From positions 1 through 54,155 of the forward strand of contig JAHBMJ010000200.1 in NCBI GenBank assembly GCA_018398765.1: a stretch of 54,155 nucleotides of DNA, read 5' to 3'. Made by a program: the position numbers and the translations under genes. Below, piece after piece: positions 1-12,392 of this stretch (the stretch's first letter is position 1; every line of letters starts with the position of its first letter). Under the pieces are notes generated by a model. It was not told where the DNA came from, did not search any database, and was given only the letters and a program-made list of their open reading frames with translations. Source of the DNA: Chromera velia (taxonomy: Eukaryota).

Positions 1-1260
1 AAGCGATCAACCTTAGCGCTATAGATTGAATTTTCTGGAACCTGACCTCTGACTCTTCAGACACTTAGATCATCTTGGAGCCTCACTAGAGCCTGACTAG
101 TGTCACTTCCCTTTATCTATTCTGAGGGCTTCCTGTAGCTCTTAACAGCTTGGATCATGGGTTCATGCCTTGGCAAGTTTGATGACAATGATGACATTGA
201 TATCTATGTATACGGTGAGTCCGTGACATGTTTTCTACAATACAAGTGTCATTGCCTGTCAACTTTGAATCTATAAACCGCTTGAAGCATTCTGAATCAA
301 GTAAAATATACTACTAGACATATTGGCAGGAAGCAGTGGTGCTGATACGCCACTGTTTCATGCATGTCTCTTAAGCATTTTAGAAATATATGTAATTAAA
401 AGTACTATCTTAATTATTGAGGGGTGCTAATTACCTATAATTGCATATATTCTAGTAGTAATTACCTACGTTTGGCTTCAATTACTGTATTTTTTCCTTA
501 CTTACCTTTATATGGGCTTTAACAGCTAGCGATCTTTTAATATTTATTTTGTTTATCAAACTTTACTTGATTCGATCAACCTGACTTATTAAGGGTGACT
601 ATAATAAAAGCTTATACGAATTTGCTGGGTTTTACTGGAATCGGATCAGGTCTTATATATAGTTTATACTTTATAGTTTGGTTACTATGCGTCTATGCGT
701 TATATATGTATGTGTAATACTATGTTATTCATGATTGACTCTCCCTTAGCTATCCTCAGTATACATCATGGCTAGATACATGGTTAGTCTTGCTCTGTTT
801 TGTATAGTTTTATGCTAAATTTGTGGTATATAATGAGGTCATGGATAAAAAAGACTTGCATGGTATACCTATTGGGGAAAAGAAGCTTAAAGTAGCCCTA
901 AACGTTATTTAAATACTCCACCGGCATCGACAATTAATCTGCATCTCGATTCTACTCGATTCTCATTTGCCGCTCTGCATAGATTAGCCAGTATAGTGGA
1001 GACCAACGATCGACGGTTGACTAGCTTCGATCAACCTCCCCTTCCAGGCTTCAAGAGCCGGTGGCTAAATAGCCTCTATCCGGACGCTTTTTTCCCATGC
1101 ATGCGCCGCCGCCAGGGCCCCTGGCGGCGCCTGGCCACGATCTAGGGTATTGCGCCGCAGCCTCTTGTATGTATCCAACAAATGCGCATGCAGTTAATTT
1201 TTCTTTTTTTCCCGGCCCTGTATATGCATGCATGCATGGAACCACGTATTGAACAGATAC

Positions 1261-1295
1261 TCATCTTATCGCCTCTCCGGGCGTGTATTGGTCCG
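1261..1295 (-). mobile_element. 35-bp insertion matching the 3' terminus of the CRE-like retrotransposon at 6999-8518, with 15-bp TSD
   Basis: TCTTATCGCCTCTCCGGGCGTGTATTGGTC (1264-1290) is identical to 7001-7030. The insert is flanked by a perfect direct repeat GTATTGAACAGATAC at 1246-1260 and 1296-1310. Confidence 0.85.
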
Positions 1296-1574
1296 GTATT
1301 GAACAGATACGCATGCACGAAATTCATATGTATATCTCTTAATGTGTGTGTACAAGTGACCCAATGGATCCAGCTCAGAACATGTGAAGCGTTCAAAGAA
1401 ATGCTCCTACACCCTCTCCAAAGTGACATAGAAAATTGCGATCGATGGTGGCGTGAAAGCGGGTCAAAACGGCCCTCAGCAGACTCTAACACAAAACGAG
1501 TCGAGTGGTAGGGCCGGTTGTCCGTCAGCATGTAATGATATATCAACAGGTGACCGAAGCTGTGAGATGCCAGT

Positions 1575-4461
1575 ATGGTGAACGTCTTCTTTCAGGAAAC
1601 AGTCCGCTGTATGCCCCGCTTGGATAGGGATCAGGATGAACAGAAGCTGGTCAGTCAGTTTTGTCCTTTCCTGCTTGTGCAGACTCACGTGCATGCATGC
1701 ATCTGTGTGACGAGATGAGATCGCACGTACTTTCAGCTCACGCCCTCTCCATATTTTGAAAGGAATGAAAGCTGCCTTCTTGAAGCTTTTGCTGGCCACA
1801 GATACGTGCAAGCAAAGGGGCCTGGTCTTAAGGAGCGCAGTCTGCCTGAATGCCTCTATATTTTGATGCAGAGACGGACTTGTCAATGTGTGAGCACAAG
1901 AAATGCATGTCAAGCGCATGGAAAAGCCATATGAAGGCCGAGATTGTATCCTTTCCCACAAAGATAGGGCTAGTGTGTATGCAGTAGGAAGGACAGAGGA
2001 GGGCGTCCAAGTGATCGCTCTTTTGGCATCCGGCTAGCACTTTCACCTGAATGCATGCAGTTGACTGTCTTTGAAGCCGTACCTGCCTGCGATAGCGACA
2101 AAAACCAGGTGGGTGTCTATGTGAGTGGACCCCTGAGTTTTTCAATCATTTTTCCTGCTACGTCCTCTTTCTCGCTACCTGCCTGCCTGCCTGCAGAACT
2201 CGCTAGAGTTCGACATCGATTTCCTGTCCAGCAGGAGCCCCCCTCCCCCCCAAGCAGAGACAAAAGGGGCCTGTTCATTTGATGGAGGGGGTCGAAAGGA
2301 GGCAGGCGGGGGAGGACAGAAAGAAGAGGGCGGAGAAAGTGACTCGGACCCTCTTTCCTCGCTGCAGCGTTTCCGCCTCTTTTCTCTTTCTGAAGAAGCA
2401 AATGGTATGGAGGGATCGAGGTCTGACCTCAAAAAGAAGGAAGAAGCGGCCGCAGAAATAAAGACCGCGCCTCTTTCAATAGGCAAAAGGCTCTCTCCCG
2501 CCTCCTCTCTGCTTTTACCTTCGAATGAGCCGGAGGGTATGGACGCAGTGCGCAGAGACAAGAGAGAGCTGTTCGGTTTAGGGGCCACTGAGGAGACAGA
2601 GGGGGAAACGGAAAAAGAAAGGCCGTCACAGATCCATCCATCCCCTCTACTACAAAAGGAGCAGCCACAGCAGGATGAGCCCCTTCCTCCTGGGATGTCT
2701 TTTTTCAAAATTGCCAACAGTGGTTCAAGCAACAGAAGGTCACGATTCAAGGTTGCCTTTGCCCCCTCGTTTTCTGATCCTGATTTCTTTTCCAGGTGTC
2801 TTGCAACTTCCCTTCCCTCTATCCACGATCTTCCAATGCTCCCTGAGAACCAGCACGCTGGTGAAGGAGAAGAAAGCTCCTTTTCCCCTGAGCTCTCTTC
2901 TTCTTCCTCTTCTCTCCAGAAGAGAATAACAAAAGAGTCCCGAGACCCAGTTTGGGTCTATCGCCAGCCTCTTTTCCCAACAAAAGAACAACAACTGGGG
3001 GGGGATCCAGCATCATCAAAAGTCACTTTGCAGAAGTTGGAGGAAGCCAAACAGAGAACCATTTCCAATGCCTGCCTAGCCCACCTGCCTCAATTGCGCA
3101 GGACCACTGAGACAAACTCTCAACATGGACCCCTTTCAAGATCCACACGGTGGGGGGACGCACAGTCCACATCCATAGGAGACGGGGAGACGGATTCCCG
3201 ATCGAACGCCAACGCCGCCATGATGTCTTGGGGGTCTTCAGCAGGTTTGTCTCAAAGTTTACGCATCGCTCGTTCCTCACACTCATCCGAAACTCTTGAA
3301 GACATGCACACCCCCTTTCCGAGACAAGTTCCAAAAGTTTCTGCAGGACTCTCCAAACCCATAGTCCGGGTGGTCGCACCACCCAAGCGAGCCTCAAAGC
3401 AGTCCTCAATGGACCGAGGCTCACGGACGCAGAAGGCGCCTGCCTTGCCAGTGGGAAGAGGGAGGGTGGAGCATCCGGCTGAAGATGGTGAGAGTGAAAT
3501 TACAGGAGGCGGGAGAGAACGGATGGGACACAGGCAACTCGACAAGACCCCAAAAGGTTCTTCTTTTTCTTCTTCTGCCACGTTCTCCTCTCGTGTACAG
3601 GGTGGGGCGCGGAAGGAGAAGAAGAGCCGCGCTCCTCGTAGCAGAGCCGAACCGCCACACCGCATGACTATAGCCGCCACAACCTTTCAAGCCGCATCAG
3701 CTGCGTACTCTTCCAGTCTGGCTTCTCTCGCTGCCGACAGCATTCCGTCTGTAAACGTCGCATCCCGGCGCACCCTCCCCTCCCTTTCCTCTCCAAGCGT
3801 TCCGGCTCTTTTGAAGACTGGGGGACTTCTTCAAATGCACGAGGAGAAAGAAAAAGAGAGAAAAACCCGTGACACAATTTATGAAGAGGATGGGGAGGGA
3901 GAGAGAGAGATTCTCTTTGCAGCGAACGCAAGAGGTCTGAAGAGTGCCACAGAGAAAAGGACAGCAAAACCAAAAGTCCTTCCACATGTAAGCCGCCCGC
4001 AGCCGGGCCACAGCACCTCTTTATCATTCGCCGAAGTGTCCGTGAAGAAGTCCGCTGTGTCTTTTTCAGGCCTCTTGCAAAGCCATTCCTCTTCGTTGCA
4101 CCCGCACAGACACAGGGTCTCTTCTCTGTCTTTGTATGATTCAAACAGACAGACGAGGGAGCAAAGAGCAAAAAAGAAGGAAAGGCAAACAAGGACAGAC
4201 CACGCATTACCCCTCTCAGACCCCCAGAAGCCCTGCCTTGCAAGAGTCGAAAGGCGCTTGGCAGGACTGCACCCGCATTCTATCTCTCTGACCGACAACA
4301 AAGAAAAGAAAGCAGAGCCACCAGCCCCCCCCCTCGAAAAAGAGAAAGAGAAAAAGAGAGGAGGCAAGACAGGACCCCCCACAAATTTGGCTTCCCTGGC
4401 CCAAAGGAGGCAGTTGGAGGATTCAGCCAATTACCTCCAGAAACTAATGGGTTTTCTTTAG
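1575..4461 (+). CDS. Hypothetical low-complexity Ser/Lys/Glu-rich protein; multi-exon with a large terminal exon 2197-4461
   Basis: The 684-aa ORF (2407-4461) extends in frame upstream to an acceptor ctgcag|2197. A 48-nt exon 2061-2108 (gcatgcag|...cag|gtgggt) joins in phase 0. Further small exons (about 1575-1649, 1737-1805, 1985-2010) are plausible, but the true start is uncertain. No recognisable domain. Confidence 0.7.
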
Positions 4462-5679
4462 CCTCGGAAGGCATGCAATATCCGCCAGAGAGAAAACTGC
4501 CAACGAGCAGACAGAGTTTGTCTGTCTGACTGAAAGATGATGACGATGCATTACAACAGCTTGTCACGGAAAGAGGAGAGAAAATTTCGGGGCAGGGAGG
4601 ATTGGGGGAGTACAGGGGTAGCGTCGTGGAAGAATGAACATGGCATGAACTGTTTCAGGAAGCGCGCGCGGGAGGAGGGACGGGAAGGGACGTCGAACTC
4701 CAGACTAAGCACAGACATGGTTGTACGGCGTAATTGATGTTGTGACAGCTCTGTGCGTCCATGAAAGTATATGAAAGTTCGTAGGAGGTGACATCCGTTC
4801 CAGAAAAAGTCTTCGAGTTTGACGGGGGACATGCAAGGATGAGAAATGACATATGATAAACGGGCCTGTTCGATCACAGGCTAAGACGATTGATCGGAAA
4901 TTCAAGGAAGAAGAGCTGCGAAGGCTCAAGCTAGACCATGTCATGCATGCATGCATCTCGATATATTACATCACGTATATACAATGGACATTATTAATTG
5001 TTTCTAGAATTGTTTATACCAATAGCTTCGTTTGAAGCTGGTTTTTTGAAAGTTGAAACAAGTAGATATACAATTTTATTAACCATGTAAGAGCGATTGA
5101 TTAACTCCACAAAGCATCAAAGTTTGTAGTCGACATTGTTTGTACATTACTACTATTGAACACGATTAAAAAAATAATAATGGTCGACTTTAATTGGTAA
5201 GAAACACGTTGTACCAACTGGTACAACAATCAGTCCTTCAAGTTACATATATATATAATATATAAGCAAGCTATATTACCTAGCTATCTAACGCAGATAC
5301 CCCCCTGACACTCAGCTATGAACCTTTTAGAATCGATCAAAATGTAGTTATCTTAAGCTTCGGTGGCCTACGGCCGCCTTTGATCAACACTAAGACCATC
5401 TTTGGCGCTTATTGCATTTTCACTAGTATAACTAGGTTTCACTACTGTAAAAAGGGTTACCCTAGCTATAAAAATGTCTCTGGTATAGGCAATTAGAGCA
5501 TATATCAATAGAAGAGGTGTGTATGTGACAATGGAGAGCTGCAGACAGGAAGCCCGAAAGGTTAGAGCGGTGGGGTAGGCCAAAGAGCATGTGGGGTAGT
5601 ACTTTTCGTTTCTTCTTCACTGTAGAAGGACGTTTCTTCTTCGATCTTGGGGCATAGTTAACCATCATCAGCGGTGCGC

Positions 5680-6614
5680 TACTCGACACATATCGGGTAA
5701 AAGACAGTACATCAGAATCCTTCTCCACCGCAAGGTTTTCACGATGCGTTCCGTCTTACATTCCCCAGATCACTCTGCTGACATCGATTATTCTCTTTTT
5801 GTGTCGCAAAACTTGGACAAGGCCGGAATCCTGGGTAGTGGTGAAGAAGAGTTGCTGCAGACACCATGTGAGTAGAAATATTGTACCCGAGTCGAAGGCT
5901 TTGGCAGCCACTGAGGCAAACCACGATCGCGCCTGCTGAGTTCCGTACTCTACAGTGCTCTGGTCACTTTCCTTTCACGCCCTTACATCTGATTCACCAG
6001 AGTTTTGTACAGAGCGTTTGTCTTTGGTAACAAAGTACAGTGGAAGCCGACAGCCACAATATTCATCGTATGTCCCTCTCTTAGACAAGGCTGCTTTATA
6101 CCAATTTGTACTGATAGACTTTGTGTTGAGGTAGTTATACAGTTTGGAGATGATTGGGAGAGACAACATTCCCCCCGTATTCACTCCGTCCGCCTATCTG
6201 CGTTCTCTCGTATAGTCTACACACTGGAGGACAACCAGTCGGCTCACAATGCCCTTTGAAAGTTTCTGGAATAGGACTGGGCAGAATAGAGTGCTAACGT
6301 AGGGCATCATTTCCAAATATTTGTTCCTTAGCGTGTTGGATGAATCTACCGAGGTCCTTCAAGAACCCATCCAGCGAACCTCTTCTCGAATGGGACATCC
6401 CAAAACCCGGAAGCTCAAAAACTGCCATCGTACTTGAAGGAAATAGTTCTTGCATTGCTAAAAAGCAATCATCATAGTGATCCACAACATTCAGAGGATC
6501 AGTCGCAAAGAGAAACGAAAAGGAATTCTCTGATTCTCTCTCCTGAACCTTCCGAGGACCAGAAATGCGGAAACGAAATTTCGTTTCCCCGACAAGGGTC
6601 ACTGACATGGACAT
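5680..6614 (-). pseudogene. Degraded intronless alpha/beta-fold hydrolase
   Basis: Reads MSMSV...FATDPLNVVDHYD...VFELPGFGMS (the D/E-LPGFG-S alpha/beta-hydrolase motif). After a frameshift it continues PYVSTLF...VSRLVVLQ...RR*ADGVNTGGMLSLP...WYKAAL...AFDSGTIFLL...VIWGM*DGTHR. Stops at 6194-6196 (TAG), 5975-5977 (TGA) and 5756-5758 (TAA). The 3' end is uncertain. Confidence 0.75.
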
Positions 6615-6998
6615 TTCAAAGAGAAAAAAACAGACGTTTTGATCCACTCACACCCTGTTCGCCCTCACGTGTTTTGACATTCTTTCCGCGCTGCACGACA
6701 AGCGGCTTGCGTCGCCGGCGGCTCAAAGCCTTAGGATGCAGAAATTTAAAGCTGCTGAACAGACTGTGTTCATGAGAACAGATCCCGAACAAACCATGCA
6801 AATGGCCACTTCAAGAGTTGAACTCTAGTTGGTCGATGCTTCTATCATTCAGCTGTACAGTTTCTACCAGGGTCTCATGAAAGCCTGTTCTTGAAAAGGA
6901 GGGCACTCGAGTAAAATGAGTTGTCGGTGAACTCAAAATAAAGTCAGAGACGGGCCGACTGCATAAAATGCCATAGCCTGGAAAGCGTAGCTGGAGGG

Positions 6999-8518
6999 CC
7001 TCTTATCGCCTCTCCGGGCGTGTATTGGTCTGGTATGCATAGGTTTGGTTCATATTTCCATCAATCCTAGTTGCTCTACATAGGCACCCCACGTGATTCC
7101 TATGCTTGCCCCTAGAACTGCCATAAAAATTCCTTCCTGTGAGATGTGCTGAGGTCCCTGCATGCCTGGGGCCTCGCACTTTTAATCACTCCCTGCCTTG
7201 CTAGATGTGTTCGGGTGATCTATCGATTCGATGTGAAGATGGGATATAAAAATAGAGACTGATCAACACTTTGTCCACTGATCTCCCCTTCTCCCGCTTT
7301 TCTTTTCCTTTTCTGTTCCTTGTGTTGATACTAAATATTTTAAAGAATTCTTTTTTCTTCAACAGTGTTACTCCTTTCTTTCCCTCTTCATGCAATGGGT
7401 CTCTTCAACCTTATATTTTTTCTCTACCAAATTTAATTGTGTTCAACTCTTTCTTGATCTCCTTATTTCTTCCTTCCTTCACTAGTTCTTTCCCCCCCCT
7501 CTCCCTCTTCTTTCTTCACTCTCCTCCGTTTGTTCGGTCGGCCAGTCCAATATAGGTCGAGTACTCCCTCCCCAGCAACATTTCAGTGACTTTGAAGCCG
7601 CGGACCCCACGGCTTGCTTGTACTGATGCAAGTACTGTAGAAGAAGCTGCTCTCTGAACTGCGACCAAAATCGTTTTCCACCACTGATCTGCCATTCTTT
7701 ATCTTGCTACCTGGTTTACACCCTCTCCCAACCTCTCACTTGACTGTTGCAGCATTTCTTTCACAAAGTGCACTGTCTCTTTCCTTGGTCTTCTAAACGT
7801 CTCGAACACCAGAGGTACGAACCTGATTCCCACGGCTCTGCAAGCTTCATCGTAATGGGAGTGTTTATTGTTCTCCTTCTCTAATGCTGCTGCCCTTGTT
7901 TTCTTTGAGTTTCGTTGCAGTCGGGCCCTAGTTTAGATTGGGTGAATCAATGTAACATCTCCCACCACTGAGTCTCCGTTTGGCAAACTTGCAAATAGGT
8001 TGGGCCGCTCGTCTCTCTCTTCTACCAATAGTCCCTCCAGTGCGAGATCTAAGGTGCCAAACATTGTTTCCCCCCCCACTGTACAGTATTTCACCCCTGT
8101 CATGAGCTTAAAAAAGGTTGCTCCCACCATCTGACGACGTCCCTACAACCCCCCTCCTGTAGGACACTTACCTCCATGACATTGTACTCCTTGGATATCA
8201 CTTCTTGCTCCACATCCACAAATAGGTTGTCTAACAATCTGCGGAATTAGTAGGCCGAGTCGAAGCCTGAGTGCCGTACGAAAGATCGGAGGGTGTATCT
8301 TGTGATTTGCATCATATGGAATGGCCTCCATCCACGCACTTGCTCCATTTCCTAAACAGCTGCGTAGGCAGACTCGTCCTTCTGTGTCCAAAGGGACAAG
8401 CTGTATAGATATATTTGAAAACGACCACCCCATGATCGTATTTGGCGCCTACCTGCATGCTGCCCCCCTCTCTGTGTCCCTTTAACAAGGAATCTCTCTA
8501 AGAAATCGTTTTTTCATT
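6999..8518 (-). mobile_element. 5'-truncated, inactivated non-LTR retrotransposon of the RLE (CRE-like) type
   Basis: One reading frame from about 8433 to the stop at 7516: GASAWMEAIP...FRTALRLRLG, a Zn knuckle CGCG...H..KC, the RLE core RP(N)...GDVTLIHP...EKENNKHSHY...FVPLVFETF(R), then WWKTILVAVQRA. Premature stops at 8143, 7933 and 7699. A ~510-bp 3' UTR follows. The candidate 12-bp TSD GTAGCTGGAGGG lies at 6987-6998 and 8519-8530. Confidence 0.85.
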
Positions 8519-9948
8519 GTAGCTGGAGGGTACTTGCAAAACTCTACTAGGAGCCATGCACTTTGCGCACACACAGACCGCTCACGCGATACATCTGACA
8601 CAAGCAAGCTTGCAAACAGCCCCAGAAAGCAAGAAAAATGAGAACTGTACGATTGACGCATGCCGGCCATGCAGCCTCACGCCGACCCCCCCCCCCCTGC
8701 GGGGAAAAAACATGCGCGGAACCCCTCCCTCCCTTAGAAAAAAAGCCCGGGGGTAAGTGATGATGCACGCATGGTGCAAATTCAGCCTTTCGGGGCCGGG
8801 TTTTTGGCGAAAAACACATTGCGTGCATGCACGCGTGGGCTGGGGTATTTCTGTTTTGTAAGTGCCCCCCGCTTCGCTTTCCGGGGCCATGTAGACAATT
8901 AAGCCACTGTGGCTTGCAGTGGGTCTACATCCCCACAAAGTAGAAATTAAGGTGGGATCATGACGCAAGCAGCTTTTTGATGATTAAAAATTGATGCACG
9001 CATTCTGATACCCCGGAAAGATCGCTGAAGGGGCACTTAATACAACTCAAGTGCTTTGGAGTCCAAAGGTAATAATTTCGCTTTCCGGGCTATTCGCACG
9101 TAGTGCCGTGTAGTGCGTTAGATAAAATGTCTGACCTTTTGATCGATGTCACCTACATATATGTAGCTAGCTGTTCACATGCAGCTAGCTAATTGTACAG
9201 GCCGGTGGGCCTCAGGTGTATGGCAGATGCGGCCACCGCGGCCTAGCTGCCGCTGTCGCCGTCCACCGCCGCTGCCTAAACGAATTCACGCATACTGTGT
9301 GCTTATCTGACATAACTCTCGACGTGGCACGCCAACCCCACCGCCCGCCAGCCCCTACCAGGCCAAAACTGCTTCCCGTTAGACTCGTTTCTATGGTTTT
9401 GTTCTCAATCTTTCTCTATCTTCGTTTTCAAATATAAGTGTTCCCTTCTTTCTAGCTAAATGGTTTTTTTACTTCCGGTATTATGTGAAAGTGAAATTTG
9501 TTTCCTCATTAAATAATAGATGTCAATTTTTTGATCTACTTTGATCAACTAAACTAGTTGTTCCATAAACTACCATAACCAAAAAGACAAAATATATAAA
9601 TCTTTTGCTTTTGTTCTCATAACTCTGAGCAACTTGACTTGATAGGGACAGCTGAGACACTTACTGTCAATCATGATAATTGTTATTTTATATTGCTCCC
9701 AAAGTTTTGACTTCTCTACCACTTCACCGCTGTCACCGCTTCAGCCCAAGGAAATTAAACCAAAGCTAGTCACCAAAACAAAGTTAAACTTTGCGCCCTG
9801 AGCTAGATATCTTTTTATATCATTTGATATCTATTGGTTGATTAATGATTGATTGGTTGATTATGATTGTAGGGGGAGGCTAGCATTTACCAACATTAAA
9901 GGTCTGTTCAAGTTGCGAGCACTTCCGGCTGCTTTGTCCCTCCAGGGA

Positions 9949-11155
9949 CCTATCCAGCCACCTTATGGCGTCCAGACAGAAGGCAAAGCGAGGATAAGAA
10001 CCCTGAAGAAGATCTAGAGAAGGAACGTGTGTAACGAACTGACTGTACTGACAATTAAAACTTTTATACTAGAAAGTGACTTTTAATTTTCTATATATCA
10101 CACTAAATACTATATAAAAACTAAGTCTTTAAAGCATTTAAAATGATTCTATGTATTGTTTTTTACCTGCATGAAAGTATGACCAACTTTTAAAGATAAG
10201 CTTTAATGAGTGTGTGGTGTGTGTGTTGGAAATTGTTGGACGTGAGTGAGGTGAAACAGTTACAGCATGTTGATGTTGGGGAGTGAGTACAGACTCTACA
10301 GGCATATGATAATACACAATGTAATGCACAAGCAAGCTAACTTTTACTTCTAATAGAATATGCCAAACTGTGCGCACCTGATCAAACGGCCACTCATTGA
10401 ACGATCTACACAACAGACGGATAGCCAAAAGTGATCAGCTCTCTCTCGGAAGAAAGTGACAACCTTGCAGGCACATAGGAGAGGCAAAGGGCGTCTTTTT
10501 GTGTTTAAACACTCTCAGAGGACCAGTCCAGACAGACCTAGACACGCTGGAGGTGTTTACAGGCCACGAAGGTGGTCAGCCTTGCGCAGACAAGCAACCA
10601 ACCAACAGCAAAGACAAGTGAAGGTGATCAGCCGACACTTGTCCGGAAGACGGAGACAGTTGCAGAATTAAAAGGCATAAGAAAAGCACTCTATTAGCCA
10701 TTTGGATTGCGGTCTGCTCGTAGGCAGCATTTTCAATGAAATCAGGCTCCTCGAAGTCCTGAGCAACACTAAGCAATGTCTCCACCATCGGCTTTGGCGA
10801 CCTCCAACGATCTTTGGGCTCTCCACCCACGGACAAAGGCAAAGTCCAGGATCAGACTCGAAAGGGATCTCCAAAACAGGGCTCCAGGCAGCTTGGGACG
10901 CAAGGGGATGCTGAATTCCCGTACTCACAGTCTTTGCCTGACCGTGCCCATATTGTTGCAATCAGTTTTCTACTGTTGCGCAAAAGGACAGATCTGATCT
11001 CCATCACAGAAGGTATATGAAAATCGATACTCATCGAGCTGAGCATTCACCACAATTTTTTGTCCCTCCTGTCCAGCCACTTTATGGCGTCCAGACAGAA
11101 GGTAAAGCGAGGACAAGAACCCTGGGAAAGATCTAGAGAAGGAACGTATGCAACG
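9949..11155. repeat. Pair of 88-bp direct repeats (9949-10036 and 11068-11155)
   Basis: Ungapped manual alignment gives 79/88 identity, and all 9 differences are transitions. Confidence 0.9.
10770..11050 (-). pseudogene. Possible remnant of a hAT transposase C-terminal dimerisation domain
   Basis: Across two frameshifts it reads NAQLDEY...CPFAQQ*K...EFSIP/ASQAA/EPCFG...DRWRSPKPMVETLL. This resembles the hAT pattern eL..Y...P..WW...SiPAss..sER.FS...R..L....vE.L. Heavily degraded. Confidence 0.35.
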
Positions 11156-11220
11156 CTAACTGAAGCAACACTTCATAAGTTCAGGTAAATGAGGTCTCAA
11201 TCGTATTTTGACTCTAACAC

Positions 11221-11788
11221 ATAGGGGTCTAAATACGGGGGGGGGGGTAGCGTAGTATATAGAGACGTGCCTAGGGGCTACGCCTTAAGGGCGTTATATA
11301 TAAAGGCATTTTGCCCTAGGGGCGTTGTGTTGTCTTGAATGTATAAGATCTTAGACAGGCTACACCTCTTCATTGATAAAAAGTTGAGCTAAACTCATGA
11401 ATAATCATATTGTGCTAGTCAGATCCAACTGAATCTGGCCAAATCTAGCCAATTTACATCAGCCGTCGCCCTTTAATACATCATGAAAAATCTAGTCGTT
11501 AGATCAAAATCAAACATGATTCATTCATTCTTGTCTGTTGTGGAAGAAGGTCTTTGTCAGCATACATGTCTGAATAAAAGGGCTTTTGAACACTCGTGTA
11601 TCGCCCTGCATAGAAAACACTCTTTCAACGCCCCCCTACGACCTCCTACGCTAGCTCCTACGCCCCTGCAGGGGCGTTATATATAGCCGTTGGCCAAAGG
11701 CCGACGCCCCCCCCCCGAGGTGCTATACATACGCAAAGCCGACAACGCCCCTTCATAGGGTGTTGTAATAGCAATTCTAGACCCCTAT
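11221..11788. mobile_element. Non-autonomous TIR DNA transposon (MITE), 8-bp TSD type
   Basis: TIRs ATAGGGGTCTA (11221-11231) and TAGACCCCTAT (11778-11788). Flanks TCTAACAC / TCTAAGAA (6/8 match). Subterminal repeats GGGGCGT / ACGCCCC at both ends. Confidence 0.65.
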
Positions 11789-12392
11789 TCTAAGAAGTTC
11801 TATCAAGCTTTATCTTCAGACTTCTTTGGACTCCACATGAATCCGACTTTATAGGTTCAACTAGAGATTCAATGACTTCAGCTGACTTCAACTCAAACCC
11901 TGCCGTAAGATATTGCTCAGACAACATGTTGCTAAAGAGGCCAAACGTAGACTTGCATGTGTGTGCAGAGCTTCGAGTGCGACATATATAGGCAGACTGC
12001 GTATACGCGCAGTGGCGGAGCATGACATCGGCATGCGGGCTCATTCAGATACAGCGTATGCAAGGGTCCAAAAGGCGGTACCACAGAGTAGGACTCCATA
12101 CGGCTTAGTTTTATAAAACAACTCTGAGCTCTCTACTCTCCCTATATAACGTTGCAATACACGTAACATTGCATTAAATACACAGCAACTGTTACACTCT
12201 ACTTCTACGGCTGCGTCTGTGATTTTCTTAAAAATTGGTTTATTTAGTAGATCTTAATCTAAATTCAAACATATGTCTGTATTTTTTTATTCTACATAGC
12301 CAAATCATAATGCACTTATTATCAGTTATGTATATTTTTTTGCTTCATCGTTTATTTAAGCATATACATGTAAATAGTTTTTAGTTATTTCA

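Noticed and set aside
2175..4567. Antisense ORFs overlapping the first gene (similar shadows over 17258-19651 and 32046-33965)
   Set aside because: Shadow ORFs of GC-rich coding sequence with no independent motifs.
9949..11155. LTR/TRIM retroelement
   Set aside because: The repeats have no TG...CA termini, and no PBS, PPT or flanking TSD was found.
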